This document shows positions 39,070 through 48,669 of a stretch of 64,000 bases of DNA, piece after piece. How positions within the stretch are numbered: the first letter of the stretch is position 1; each line of letters starts with the position of its first letter. The stretch lies in NCBI GenBank assembly GCA_001779115.1, contig MFJF01000019.1:12733-76732 (forward strand), in the 5' to 3' direction. The position numbers were made by a program, and so were the translations under genes. The stretch is from Candidatus Gottesmanbacteria bacterium RIFCSPHIGHO2_01_FULL_40_15 (lineage in GTDB: Bacteria > Patescibacteriota > Microgenomatia > 2-02-FULL-39-11). The notes under the pieces are model-generated. The model did not search any database and was not told the origin of the DNA. It worked only from the letters and a program-made list of their open reading frames with translations.

Positions 39070-40569
39070 ATGAAATTCACTCTGAAAGTCACCAAACCCG
39101 AACTTCTAAATACTGATATCCTTTGCCTGTTCGTTTGGGAAAATGAAATTAAAAGAAGTCTGTTACCGCTTCCGAAAAACATTTTAACACATATTGAAGA
39201 AGGAATTAATGCTGAAGATTTTAAAGGGTCAAAAAATGATTTTATTGTTCTTTCTTCAAAAGGACTGATATCTTCCTATAAGCTGATACTGGCCGGCCTT
39301 GGTAAAAAATCCGATTTTAATTTGGGTATTTTGATGGAACAGATAGCTAAAACAATCCGTAAAGTCAGAGAAAATAAGGGTGTAAAGATAGGATTGGTAT
39401 TTGTTTCCGATTGGTCGGACATTATGGGTACACAAAGAACAGCACAGGCAATAGTTGAGGCATCAAATCTTGCCGCTTACCAATTTATGAAATATAAAAG
39501 CGGGGAGGAAAGCAAAAATTTGCGGCCGATTGAAGAAGTAATTATCAATATCCATCCGGCGGGTCTGGCGGCAGCGGAACAGGGGATATATTTAGGCCGG
39601 ATTATGAGCAGGGCGACTAATTACAGCCGGGACCTGGTTAATGAACCGCCCAGGTTAACAACACCCGCATTTTTAGCCGATGAAGCTTTGAAAATTGCCA
39701 AAAATTCCAGCGGTACAATCAAAGCGGCAGTTTTGGAAGAAGATGAAATTGAAAAAGCAGGCATGGAAGCTTTTCTTGGTGTAAGCCGCGGAAGTGACGA
39801 GCTGCCAAAGTTTATAATTCTCAGATATAAAAATCCGCATGCGAAGAAAAAAATTGTCGTTGCCGGAAAAGGCATAACATTTGATACGGGCGGACTGTCA
39901 TTAAAGTCTCCTGAGCATATGGAAACAATGAAACTGGATATGGCCGGTGCCGCATCCGTTCTAGGGATATTTTCGGCGTTAGCGGAACTTAAGCCTTCAG
40001 TTGAAGCAGTCGGTATGATTGCGGCCTGTGAAAATATGCCGTCAGGCAAGGCTTTAAAACCCGGTGATATCCTAAGGGCAGTTAACGGAAAAACAATTGA
40101 AGTATTAAATACGGATGCCGAGGGAAGACTGACTCTGGCTGACGTGCTTTCATATGCGGTTAAAAAAGAAAAACCGGATGAGATTATTGATCTGGCGACT
40201 TTAACCGGCGCCTGCATGATTGCCTTGGGTCAGGATATTGCCGGAATATTTGGAAATAATGAGAATCTATTAACACAATTGGAAAAGTCAGCCAAAGAAA
40301 GCGGTGAAAAAATCTGGCGTTTACCTTTAGAGAAGGGGTATAAAGATTTAATAAAAAGCCATATTGCCGACGTTAAAAACATCGGAACGGGAAAATACGC
40401 CGGAGCCATTACGGCGGCACTTTTTTTGGAAGAGTTTATCAATAAGACCAGTTGGGCTCATCTTGATATTGCCGGTCCGGCATATATGGAAAAAGATACT
40501 CCGATAAACCCCAAAGGAGGAGCCGGTTTCGGGGTAAGGTTAATTCTCCATTATTTCAACTCGATTTAA
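39070..40569 (+). CDS. pepA: leucyl aminopeptidase (M17 family)
   Basis: 'VVAGKGITFDTGG'. 'NTDAEGRL'. 'LATLTGA'. Confidence 0.88.
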   Translation: MKFTLKVTKPELLNTDILCLFVWENEIKRSLLPLPKNILTHIEEGINAEDFKGSKNDFIVLSSKGLISSYKLILAGLGKKSDFNLGILMEQIAKTIRKVRENKGVKIGLVFVSDWSDIMGTQRTAQAIVEASNLAAYQFMKYKSGEESKNLRPIEEVIINIHPAGLAAAEQGIYLGRIMSRATNYSRDLVNEPPRLTTPAFLADEALKIAKNSSGTIKAAVLEEDEIEKAGMEAFLGVSRGSDELPKFIILRYKNPHAKKKIVVAGKGITFDTGGLSLKSPEHMETMKLDMAGAASVLGIFSALAELKPSVEAVGMIAACENMPSGKALKPGDILRAVNGKTIEVLNTDAEGRLTLADVLSYAVKKEKPDEIIDLATLTGACMIALGQDIAGIFGNNENLLTQLEKSAKESGEKIWRLPLEKGYKDLIKSHIADVKNIGTGKYAGAITAALFLEEFINKTSWAHLDIAGPAYMEKDTPINPKGGAGFGVRLILHYFNSI

Positions 40570-40580
40570 ATCAAGAATAG

Positions 40581-41807
40581 ATGAATCAGTCATACATCCG
40601 GGTATTGGGAAATGTTAACTTCCGAATGCTTTTTTTTGGCCAGATAATTTCCCAAATTGCTTTAAACGTACTTTCTTTTGTCCTGGCTATTCAGGTATAT
40701 CAGAAAACCCAGTCCAATACAGCCGTTTCTTTAATGCTTTTGACTTTCGGAATACCGGCGATTATTTTCGGTGTAATGTTCGGGGGGATAGTTGATGAAT
40801 TTGACAAACGGTCAATATTAGTTTTCTGTAATTTATCAAGGGCATTTATTCTGGTGGGTTATTTTTTATTGGGCAGTGTTCTTTTTTTACTTTATTTTCT
40901 GTCTGTTCTGATTTCGGTTATTACCCAGTTATTCATTCCTGCTGAAGCACCATCAATTCCGCAATTGGTTAAAAAAGATGATCTGCTCATGGCCAATTCA
41001 TTTTTTACGGTCACGTTTTATCTGTCAACTGTAGTCGGAGCAATTTCTGCCGGACCGTTATTAAAGACGGTCGGAAACGAATATATCTATTTAATTTTAG
41101 CCGGTTTTATGGTTATAGCCTCTTATTTTACACTCAGACTTCCCAAGATTGCCCCTTCCGGGTTAAGAAAGTTCAGTTTTAATTTTGTAAACCTGATAAG
41201 ACCGGTAACGGAAGGCATTTTGTTTATTAAGGAACATGCCAGGATAAGGCAAAGCCTGTATTTATTGACTTTTTCACAGGCTTTAATTGTAACACTGATT
41301 GCAGTGGCGCCGGGATTTGCCGATAGAATACTGATCATTGAACTTGCGGATGTATCTCTTTTTGTTATGGGACCAGCCGCGCTGGGACTGATAATCGGCG
41401 CATTTCTGGTCGGAATTTTTGCCGGAAAGATATTAAAAGGGACCATTATACTGACCGGAATTATTGCAACCGGTATTTGTCTTATACTGATATCGCTTTT
41501 TAGTATATCCGGTAATCATGGTATTATATACCCAATCGTGTTCCTACTTTTTATTTTAGGCTTATCAAATTCGTTTATTAATGTACCGACAAGTACTATA
41601 TTACAGGAGGAAACAGATAAAGATTTAAGAGGCAGGGTATACGGTGTTTTAACTTCTTTAACGGGCGGATTTTCCATTCTCCCGGTTTTATTTTCCGGAC
41701 TATTAGCTGATGCCATCGGAATTCAGAAAACTTTATTTATAATCGGTATTATTGTTTTTCTTTCCGGTATTTATTATTTAAGGAAGAGAATCGGCGTGGT
41801 TTTTTAA
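40581..41807 (+). CDS. MFS-type transporter
   Basis: 408 aa, 12 predicted TM. 'GGIVDEFDKR' loop between TM2 and TM3. Confidence 0.65.
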   Translation: MNQSYIRVLGNVNFRMLFFGQIISQIALNVLSFVLAIQVYQKTQSNTAVSLMLLTFGIPAIIFGVMFGGIVDEFDKRSILVFCNLSRAFILVGYFLLGSVLFLLYFLSVLISVITQLFIPAEAPSIPQLVKKDDLLMANSFFTVTFYLSTVVGAISAGPLLKTVGNEYIYLILAGFMVIASYFTLRLPKIAPSGLRKFSFNFVNLIRPVTEGILFIKEHARIRQSLYLLTFSQALIVTLIAVAPGFADRILIIELADVSLFVMGPAALGLIIGAFLVGIFAGKILKGTIILTGIIATGICLILISLFSISGNHGIIYPIVFLLFILGLSNSFINVPTSTILQEETDKDLRGRVYGVLTSLTGGFSILPVLFSGLLADAIGIQKTLFIIGIIVFLSGIYYLRKRIGVVF

Positions 41808-41819
41808 CTGGGATTTTTT

Positions 41820-42611
41820 ATGCAACCGGTACTTTATTCAATCGGTAGATATAATGTTTACTCATTCGGGATTTTTCTGGCTTTATCATTTATTCTGTCA
41901 ACTTTTGTTATTTGGAAATTTGCCAAAGAAGAATTTAAGGAAGAGGAATATTTGGATGCATATTTTTACACGGCATTAGTTACTTTAATTTGCGCCCGGG
42001 CAGTATATATCATCCGTAATTTTAACGATTTCCAGTTCAACATCCTTTCATATTTTCTGGTTGTTGAGACACCCGGATTGTCACTTCTGGGTGGAGCTAT
42101 CGGAGGATTTCTATTTTTGCTTTTTTATTCAAGGAAAAAAAAGTTTAACTTTTTACACCTTATGGATCTTCTTTCAGTTGCCGGTTCATTAGCTTTGGTA
42201 TTTATTAAAATAGGACAACAGCTGGGCGGAGCGGCCTTCGGGCGGGAGACCGATTTTATTATTAAGGTCAGGGTAATCGGAATGCCTAAATTTTACCATC
42301 CGGTTGAATTCTATGAGGCATTCCTTTATTTATTACTTTTTATTTTCCTTTTATTCCTAAATAGGAAACTATCAGGGAAAAAAAGGCAAGACGGTATGGT
42401 TTTTTCCCTGTTTGTTATGGGACTTTCGGTTTCAGTTTTTACACTTGAATTTCTCAAAGTATACCGCGTATACTTATATAATCTTAGTTTCCGTCAATTA
42501 TTATCTTTGATTTTATTTGTTATTACTTTAGCATATATTTTAAGCAGAATTGAGATATTAAAATATTTCAGGAAAGCAAAGCATGAAATTTCCAAAAGCA
42601 GTAATGGATAA
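41820..42611 (+). CDS. lgt: prolipoprotein diacylglyceryl transferase
   Basis: 263 aa. 'YSFGIFLALSFIL' N-terminal TM. Signature 'GRETDFII…YHPVEFYEAF' (compare G-x-E-T…HPTxLYE). Confidence 0.7.
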   Translation: MQPVLYSIGRYNVYSFGIFLALSFILSTFVIWKFAKEEFKEEEYLDAYFYTALVTLICARAVYIIRNFNDFQFNILSYFLVVETPGLSLLGGAIGGFLFLLFYSRKKKFNFLHLMDLLSVAGSLALVFIKIGQQLGGAAFGRETDFIIKVRVIGMPKFYHPVEFYEAFLYLLLFIFLLFLNRKLSGKKRQDGMVFSLFVMGLSVSVFTLEFLKVYRVYLYNLSFRQLLSLILFVITLAYILSRIEILKYFRKAKHEISKSSNG

Positions 42612-42942
42612 TGTCAGCCGTAATCTCATAAAACTGAGAAAAACGGTTGAGGAAAGAATTCATTCACTCAAGCTTCAGGATCCTTTCTCAGATCCTGAAA
42701 GGCTAAATGATAATGCGGCTTCAGATACCGAAGCAAAAGAAGAAAGTTCACATGAAAGAATGGAGGCTCTCGAGAAAGAGTTAAGAGCTCATTTGGAAGA
42801 AATAAATTTGACACTGCAAAGAATTAAGAAAGGTACTTACGGAAAGTGCCAGAATTGCGGAAAAATGATTGATACTGACAGGCTGGCCATCAAGCCAACC
42901 GCTCTTTACTGCGTTGACTGCGAACGGAAAAAAGAAAAATAA
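42583..42942 (+). CDS. DksA/TraR-family C4 zinc-finger protein
   Basis: 119 aa. Coiled-coil then 'CQNCGKMIDTDRLAIKPTALYCVDC'. Confidence 0.75.
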   Translation: MKFPKAVMDNVSRNLIKLRKTVEERIHSLKLQDPFSDPERLNDNAASDTEAKEESSHERMEALEKELRAHLEEINLTLQRIKKGTYGKCQNCGKMIDTDRLAIKPTALYCVDCERKKEK

Positions 42943-42963
42943 CATCAAATTCTGACCCCGAAC

Positions 42964-43701
42964 ATGAAAATATCTGTAATTTATGAGGATGATGATCTGC
43001 TGGTTATTGATAAACCTTCAGGAATGATTGTTAACAAAGCTGAAACGGTGACTGAAGAGACAGTTGCCGATTGGGCGGGAAAAAAATTAAACCTTCCCGG
43101 GAAAAGCGGGGATAAATCTGATTTTACAAACAGATCAGGAATAGTCCACAGATTGGATAAGGATACTTCCGGACTGCTTCTTATTGCCAAAAACAAGAAG
43201 GCTTTTGACAAGCTTCAAGAGCAGTTTCTTAAAAGGACAGTAAAGAAAAAGTATATCGCTTTAGTCCACGGCAGATTACCGGATTCCACGAATATAATTA
43301 AAGCTCCGGTCGGCAGACTGCCTTGGAACAGAAGGAAGTTTGGAGTACTGGCAGCCGGAAGGGATGCGGAAACTAAAATTAAAGTAAAATCTTTTTTTAA
43401 AAAAGGACCGGGAAATAAATATACTTTATTGGAGGCTGAACCGGTTACCGGAAGAACCCATCAGATAAGAATTCATTTGAAGCATATTTTTCATTCGATT
43501 GTCTCTGACAGGCTTTATAGCGGTAGAAAGACACTAAAGCAGGACGAAAAGATATTTCCCCGACTGTTTCTGCATGCATGCCGATTATCTTTCATTCATC
43601 CGGTGACGACAGAGTTAATAACGGTTACAAGCCCAATGCCTTCCGATTTGGAAAAAGCTTTAGGTAACCTGGAAGTTGAACAAACGGGGTTAATCCGATA
43701 A
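42964..43701 (+). CDS. RluA-family pseudouridine synthase
   Basis: 'HRLDKDTSGLLLIAK' catalytic Asp motif. 'TGRTHQIRIHL'. Confidence 0.85.
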   Translation: MKISVIYEDDDLLVIDKPSGMIVNKAETVTEETVADWAGKKLNLPGKSGDKSDFTNRSGIVHRLDKDTSGLLLIAKNKKAFDKLQEQFLKRTVKKKYIALVHGRLPDSTNIIKAPVGRLPWNRRKFGVLAAGRDAETKIKVKSFFKKGPGNKYTLLEAEPVTGRTHQIRIHLKHIFHSIVSDRLYSGRKTLKQDEKIFPRLFLHACRLSFIHPVTTELITVTSPMPSDLEKALGNLEVEQTGLIR

Positions 43702-43710
43702 TATTAAGGC

Positions 43711-43851
43711 ATGGGAAATTTTGGCGGTTTTTATAAAGGCGACAGTAAAAAGAAGAAAAAAAAAGATTTGGAGAGAAAGGCCAGAGAGTTAGTCAGTAAG
43801 GAAACCTTCAGAGTCCCCGAGATTGAAATAATCAAAAAGGGAAAAAAATGA
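43711..43851 (+). CDS. small Lys-rich ORF (46 aa), hypothetical
   Basis: ATG at 43711 'MGNFGGFYKGDSKKKKKKDLERKARELVSKETFRVPEIEIIKKGKK'. Sits between rluA and the LCP gene with a 4-nt overlap to the latter. Below the 60-aa track cutoff. Confidence 0.3.
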   Translation: MGNFGGFYKGDSKKKKKKDLERKARELVSKETFRVPEIEIIKKGKK

Positions 43852-44858
43852 GAAATAACTCCCGGGGTCGGTATAAAGGAAGCCGGTATAATGTATTCCG
43901 TATTATATTTACCGGCATTATTTTTTTTGCCATTTTGCTTGTTTGGTTGAATTGGAGACACAGTTGGAACGGTAAATCCAGATTTACAACGGTGGTTCAG
44001 AATAAAAGCGAAGGACAACAATCCAAACAGGATCTGGCGGTAATTTCCTTCGATTTATCCCGGAAAAAAGGTAAATTTCTTCTCTTAAAAAATAATTTTT
44101 ATATGGATATTCCATACGGTTATAAGACATATCCGGTATTTTCGATTTATAAATTGGGAGAGCTTGATTCCGAGCGAAGCGGAGGAATCCTTTTAAAAAA
44201 AAGCGTCGAGACAACCTTGGGAATTAAAACAGACCGTTATTTAATGTTAGACAAGGCAAACAGTGAAAAATTACCCGGCAGCCGTGAGGAACTGTTATCA
44301 TTTAAACAGAGAAATTTTTCACTTTTTAACGGATTTTCCACGCTGATGAAATTTCTTATGGGCAGATATGAGACGGATATGAGTACCATTGAAAAAATCA
44401 GATTTTTTCAGGCGATGAGAACATTAAGAATTGATCAGCTGGAATTTATTGACCTGTCGCATACCCAAGCGGCAGTAGCGGAACAATTACCGGATAAATC
44501 AAAAATTTATACCGTTGATACCGGAATATTTGATTTTTTATTCGGAACTGATTTTTTGAACTTAGGCGTCAGAAATGAGGGAGTAACTTTGGAAGTTGAA
44601 AATGCCACCGGGGTTGATAAAATCGCCACACAATTTTCCAGGAATCTTGAAAATTTGGGAGCAAATGTAATTCTAAAAACCACAGCGGAAGCGATTGAAA
44701 GCAAGGCCTGCAATTTAGTTTTTAAAACCAGTGAAAGCAAAAACAGCCTGACAGGGAGCATATTACGAAAAGATTATCTCTGTGGTGAAGCAAAAACATA
44801 TGATTCCCAAGCGCAGGCAGATATCAAAGTAATAATCGGAGAAGGATTCTTAAAATAA
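43848..44858 (+). CDS. LytR-CpsA-Psr (LCP)-family cell-envelope phosphotransferase with LytR_C domain
   Basis: 336 aa. N-terminal TM. C-terminal 'VTLEVENATGVDKIATQFSRNLENLGANV' (LytR_C-like). Confidence 0.6.
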   Translation: MRNNSRGRYKGSRYNVFRIIFTGIIFFAILLVWLNWRHSWNGKSRFTTVVQNKSEGQQSKQDLAVISFDLSRKKGKFLLLKNNFYMDIPYGYKTYPVFSIYKLGELDSERSGGILLKKSVETTLGIKTDRYLMLDKANSEKLPGSREELLSFKQRNFSLFNGFSTLMKFLMGRYETDMSTIEKIRFFQAMRTLRIDQLEFIDLSHTQAAVAEQLPDKSKIYTVDTGIFDFLFGTDFLNLGVRNEGVTLEVENATGVDKIATQFSRNLENLGANVILKTTAEAIESKACNLVFKTSESKNSLTGSILRKDYLCGEAKTYDSQAQADIKVIIGEGFLK

Positions 44859-45018
44859 TGATCATTATTCTTATATTGATGTTTATTGTTTCGTTTCTAT
44901 TGGCAATTAAAGAAGCTAAAAGTGAATTATCAATACCCGAAGAAATAAAGAAAATTAAAATCAGGAGGAAGAAACCATTGTCAGGAGTAATCCTATTTTT
45001 GAAGGAAAAAATTATTCA

Positions 45019-45729
45019 TTACTCTTCGGATTCGTCTTGATTTGCGTCAGTCACAGAATCTTCTTCAGTGATAACCGATCTTTTTATTTCTCTTTGAATA
45101 GAGGCAGTATATTCTTTAAAACTTGTCGGAAGAAAAGTAGCCTGGTGTCTTAATTTTTTACCCCGGGTCATTTCCCTGATAAACAGAGATATAATGTTTT
45201 TTTGGATATTTTTTATACAAGTAAGATAAGTATTTCCGGCCGAAATGAATTTCAGCAGTCTGAAGGCGATATCATCCGGCAATGCCCCAATATAAGTTTT
45301 ATTGGCATCTCTTATCTCAATTGAATGTTTTTTCGGAAAAAGACTAACCAAATCTCCGATATTTAACTGGCTGATTACTTTAGATGGAGCAAGATTTATG
45401 AGTACAATTACTTTGGTTTTGCCGGGTTCTTCAATAAACAGTCCGGGTGAAACCCGATCATGAATCAAATTTAATTTTTTTGCGGGAAGACTATTTATTT
45501 TATTGAGGTTTTTTAATGCCAAACTGTTATAGCGGTCAATGGTGAGGATTTTTTTGTAAATTTTTTTGGCTTTTTCCGTTTCGTCAATCTGGCAATAGGC
45601 GTAAGCAAGACGGGTTAAGGTATCAATGTCTTCTTTATTGGTTTTTAAAAGCTCCCTGTTAATTGCTACGGCTTCAGCCCAGTTCTGGGTTAAAGCTGCG
45701 TCAATTGCGGCTTGGACATCATTGGCCAT
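45019..45729 (-). CDS. TPR-repeat protein, hypothetical
   Basis: 236 aa. N-terminal TPR-like helices 'WAEAVAINRELLKTN…LAYAYCQIDETEKAKKIYKKIL'. Confidence 0.5.
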   Translation of the reverse strand: MANDVQAAIDAALTQNWAEAVAINRELLKTNKEDIDTLTRLAYAYCQIDETEKAKKIYKKILTIDRYNSLALKNLNKINSLPAKKLNLIHDRVSPGLFIEEPGKTKVIVLINLAPSKVISQLNIGDLVSLFPKKHSIEIRDANKTYIGALPDDIAFRLLKFISAGNTYLTCIKNIQKNIISLFIREMTRGKKLRHQATFLPTSFKEYTASIQREIKRSVITEEDSVTDANQDESEE

Positions 45730-45858
45730 CTTTTTTGGCTTACAGTAATTTTAAGGATTATGGAGAATTTACAATATGTAATCCGAACGGATTTAATATA
45801 ATCGGTTAGTTTATCGATAGTATTGAGAAAAGTCAAGGGGAGTATTAAAATATCAAAC

Positions 45859-46584
45859 ATGTCCGGTCATTCCAAATGGTCAAAAGTCAAACACCAGAAA
45901 GAAGTAACCGATTCGGTAAAAGGAAAACTGTTTACCAAGGCGGCCAGCGAGATAATTATTGCCATAAGAGAGGGTGGGGGACATACTGATCCTGAAACGA
46001 ATTTTAAATTAAGACTGGCTATTGAAAAAGCTAAAAGCGTCAATATGCCTAAAGAAAATATACAAAGAGCCATAGAGAGGGCTAATAAAGCGGAAAATTG
46101 GGGTGAAATAAGTGAAGTTATTTATGAGGCCTTCGGTCCAAAAGGGGTCGGGATGATGATCAGGACAATTACAGATAACCGTCAAAGAACTGTTTCTGAA
46201 ATTAAAAATATCCTGGAAAGATTCGGAGGGAATCTGGCAACAAGCGGAGCCGTTGCCCATTTTTTCACAAGGGTTGGACTTATTGAAGTTGCCAAATCGA
46301 AAAGTTATGACGAGATGTTGGAAACGGTAATTTCTGCCGGAGCCAGCGATCTTAAGGAGTCAAAAGAAACTTTCCGAATTTATACTGACACAGCCGATCT
46401 TCATAAAGTCCGGGAATATCTTGAAAAAACGGGGATTGAAATTAAATATACCGATCTGTATTTCAAACCGGTTTCGGGAATTGAAGTCGGTGATAAAGAA
46501 GTGACGGATAAAATCGATAAACTGGTAAATATACTTGAAGAGCGGGATGATGTTCAGAAGGTGTATGCCAATTTAAATGTATAA
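45859..46584 (+). CDS. yebC: YebC/PmpR-family transcriptional regulatory protein
   Basis: 'MSGHSKWSKVKHQK…' canonical N-terminus. 242 aa. Confidence 0.88.
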   Translation: MSGHSKWSKVKHQKEVTDSVKGKLFTKAASEIIIAIREGGGHTDPETNFKLRLAIEKAKSVNMPKENIQRAIERANKAENWGEISEVIYEAFGPKGVGMMIRTITDNRQRTVSEIKNILERFGGNLATSGAVAHFFTRVGLIEVAKSKSYDEMLETVISAGASDLKESKETFRIYTDTADLHKVREYLEKTGIEIKYTDLYFKPVSGIEVGDKEVTDKIDKLVNILEERDDVQKVYANLNV

Positions 46585-47527
46585 ACGGCTGAAAGTTGAC
46601 CGACCAAGAATTAAAAAGAAACTGTTTCCCCGTATCAAGAAAAATTTTCTGCGCCTAATTGGGGGATTTATTGACGGGAGCATATATTTTTCCCATAAAA
46701 GAGGTAAAAAAAGTAAAGTCAGGGGTTTTTCAAGGATAAAAAATATAGTCAATTTTCTTGAAAAAAGGGAAAGATTTACCCTGCAGACAATTATTCTGAC
46801 AGCCGGAGTATTGACCAGTCAGCTTATATGGACGGATTTTCGGTTCCATATGGTAATTCTTTTAGCTGTTGCTTCCTATATTCTGTCTACCTGGTCTTTA
46901 AAGGAGGATATAAAAAAAATTGAATGGCTTCTGCTTTTTATCCTGCCGGTTTTATTCACCGCTTCCTTATCACTTTTTTACTTTCTGCTGCCGCCGAGGT
47001 GGATTATCCGGTTAACCACAACAGCCTTTTTTGCTGTCGGGACATATGCGATACTTTTGGTTGAAAATATTTATAATGTAGCGGTACAAAGGTCGATACA
47101 GCTTTTACGGGCGGCCCAAAGTGTTGGTTTGCTGTTAACCCTGGCGGTTATTTTCTTATCAGCTAATGTAATATTTTCATTAAAACTGCCTTTTATTCTC
47201 AATTTTTTACTGATGTTCACAGTCAGTTTTTTCCTGGCGCTTCAATCACTCTGGTCTATTAAATTGCAGAAAAAATTATCAGCAGAACTATTAATTTATT
47301 CTTTAACGGTCGGAATTGGAATAGGGGAGTTGGCACTCGTTTTATCCTTTTGGCCTATTGAAAACGCGTCTTTTTCTCTGCTTTTATCGGCATCTTACTA
47401 CGCCCTAATCGGCATTATTCAGCAGTATATGGCCGAGAGACTGTTTCTGAATGTTATCAGGGAATATATTATCGTATTTGTTTTTACTTTCATACTTACT
47501 TTTTTAACAACCAGATGGGGCGGATAA
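46577..47527 (+). CDS. polytopic membrane protein, hypothetical
   Basis: 316 aa with a basic N-terminus and 7-8 TM segments. Confidence 0.5.
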   Translation: MYKRLKVDRPRIKKKLFPRIKKNFLRLIGGFIDGSIYFSHKRGKKSKVRGFSRIKNIVNFLEKRERFTLQTIILTAGVLTSQLIWTDFRFHMVILLAVASYILSTWSLKEDIKKIEWLLLFILPVLFTASLSLFYFLLPPRWIIRLTTTAFFAVGTYAILLVENIYNVAVQRSIQLLRAAQSVGLLLTLAVIFLSANVIFSLKLPFILNFLLMFTVSFFLALQSLWSIKLQKKLSAELLIYSLTVGIGIGELALVLSFWPIENASFSLLLSASYYALIGIIQQYMAERLFLNVIREYIIVFVFTFILTFLTTRWGG

Positions 47528-47616
47528 ACGGGTGCCATGGCAGGGGGAGAGGGGAGTAAAACGAGATTGGTTGATATAGTTTGATATATCCTATAGTATA
47601 ATAGTGTTTGTGGATA

Positions 47617-47641
47617 CTTTTCACGAAATATTTTCACGAAA
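47617..47641 (+). repeat. tandem direct repeat tttTCACGAAA x2 (2-nt spacer)
   Basis: Seen directly, inside the ORF-free region. Immediately follows a TGTGGATAC (DnaA-box-like) 9-mer. Confidence 0.5.
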
Positions 47642-47786
47642 CATAATAAATATTAAGACAATAAGTTCTATAAGATTGAGAGCGGTGTCGAAATTGAAGC
47701 TATAATAAAATATTTGGAGCGTAGTGAAGCTCTATTCTCTTAAATAAAATCCGGATTGAACAATTTATTTACGCATAAATTTCATA

Positions 47787-47961
47787 GTTTAGATTGATAT
47801 GAGGCTCTAAATTAAATTTAAATCCTTCTTTTCTTCTGAAATCAGCCTCAAAAATTATAAAGCGGATTGTCATAAAGCCCTAAAATAACCGAAAACTCGT
47901 TATTACTTATATAAAATTCAGCCTGAAAAATAAAGGTTTAGATTGGTTTCATGCTCTAAAC
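47787..47961 (+). repeat. imperfect direct repeat unit containing two palindromic hairpins (GTTTAGA…TCTAAA(C)) and two 'TCAGCCT(C/G)AAAAAT…AAAG' boxes
   Basis: Hairpin copies at 47787-47811 and 47936-47961. Box copies at 47842-47862 and 47918-47936. Confidence 0.55.
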
Positions 47962-48156
47962 TGACATTCTTTCCGGTTTTTCTTACAATTCTTTTATATA
48001 CTTAGGTAATATTTTAACCTTGAAAATAATACTTTGGAGCATAATGGGGCGCTAAATTATTTTTTTAATAAAAAACCCGAAACGCCGACTTACGTGCGGA
48101 CACTATCTTTTTAACAGAGAGAAATATTATTGGTATTATTTACTTTACTTCTTTAA

Positions 48157-48328
48157 GGCGGCGCGCGACTAACTATATGCTTACGGGGGAAAGTGATCCT
48201 CTTTCCGGGCTTAAATGACTCTTAATTGGTCCGGAATACACGGACAGGGAATTTACACCATTAGTCGCACATTAATTCTTAGAAGACGTCTACCGGCCAC
48301 TGTCTGGGGAAGGGGTCATCTCCGGACA
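48157..48328. ncRNA. candidate structured RNA (identity unknown): GC-richer island closed by an 8-9 bp long-range helix with internal hairpins
   Basis: GCGCGACTAA (48163-48172) pairs with TTAGTCGCaC (48261-48270). Internal hairpins GGAAAG-tgatcct-CTTTCC (48188-48206) and GTCCG-gaataca-CGGAC (48229-48245). Downstream GGGGAAGGGG/CCGG-rich stem. Strand not determinable. Confidence 0.3.
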
Positions 48329-48669
48329 TATTTAATTTATTTATTGCTGAACTAATTTTTGACTTTATTTACCTATTTTAAAAAAATACATTTAATATTT
48401 ATTCCCCGGATAAAAATTGACAAAACTTTACCGAAAACGACTTCTAATTTCGTGTGGTATTGACCACTTACTACTTAAATGAAGTTTCAAGCCGTTTCAG
48501 GGCATTTCAGAGGGTCAGTTATTGTATTAATATGCATGTCTTTTAAAAATATTTTTCAGGAGATAAAAGATATTCAGCTTAATTTATTATTCGGATTGTT
48601 GTGATAGTCCGGATAACCGTAAAATCATTATAATATCCAGCGTGATTATATCGGAACTGGAATACCCGG

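Noticed and set aside
44858-45040. 60-aa ORF (MIIILILMFIVSFLLAIKEAK…) after the LCP gene
   Set aside because: It could be a real small membrane protein (start overlaps the LCP stop as ATGA). It has no motif, and its 3' end overlaps the convergent TPR gene. Evidence is insufficient to annotate it.
48157-48328. Assigning the GC-rich structured element to RNase P RNA, SRP/4.5S RNA or tmRNA
   Set aside because: Only short fragments resemble P4 or SRP helix-8 motifs. There is no GGUUCGA T-loop/acceptor mimic, no tag reading frame, and the length and spacing do not fit RNase P. It is left as an unidentified candidate.
47528-48669. Calling the region oriC
   Set aside because: Only one near-consensus DnaA box (TGTGGATAC) and a few GGATAA-containing 8-mers. 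No dnaA or dnaN in the window. I cannot compute skew over 64 kb with any meaning. It is kept as one hypothesis inside the finding rather than as a feature.
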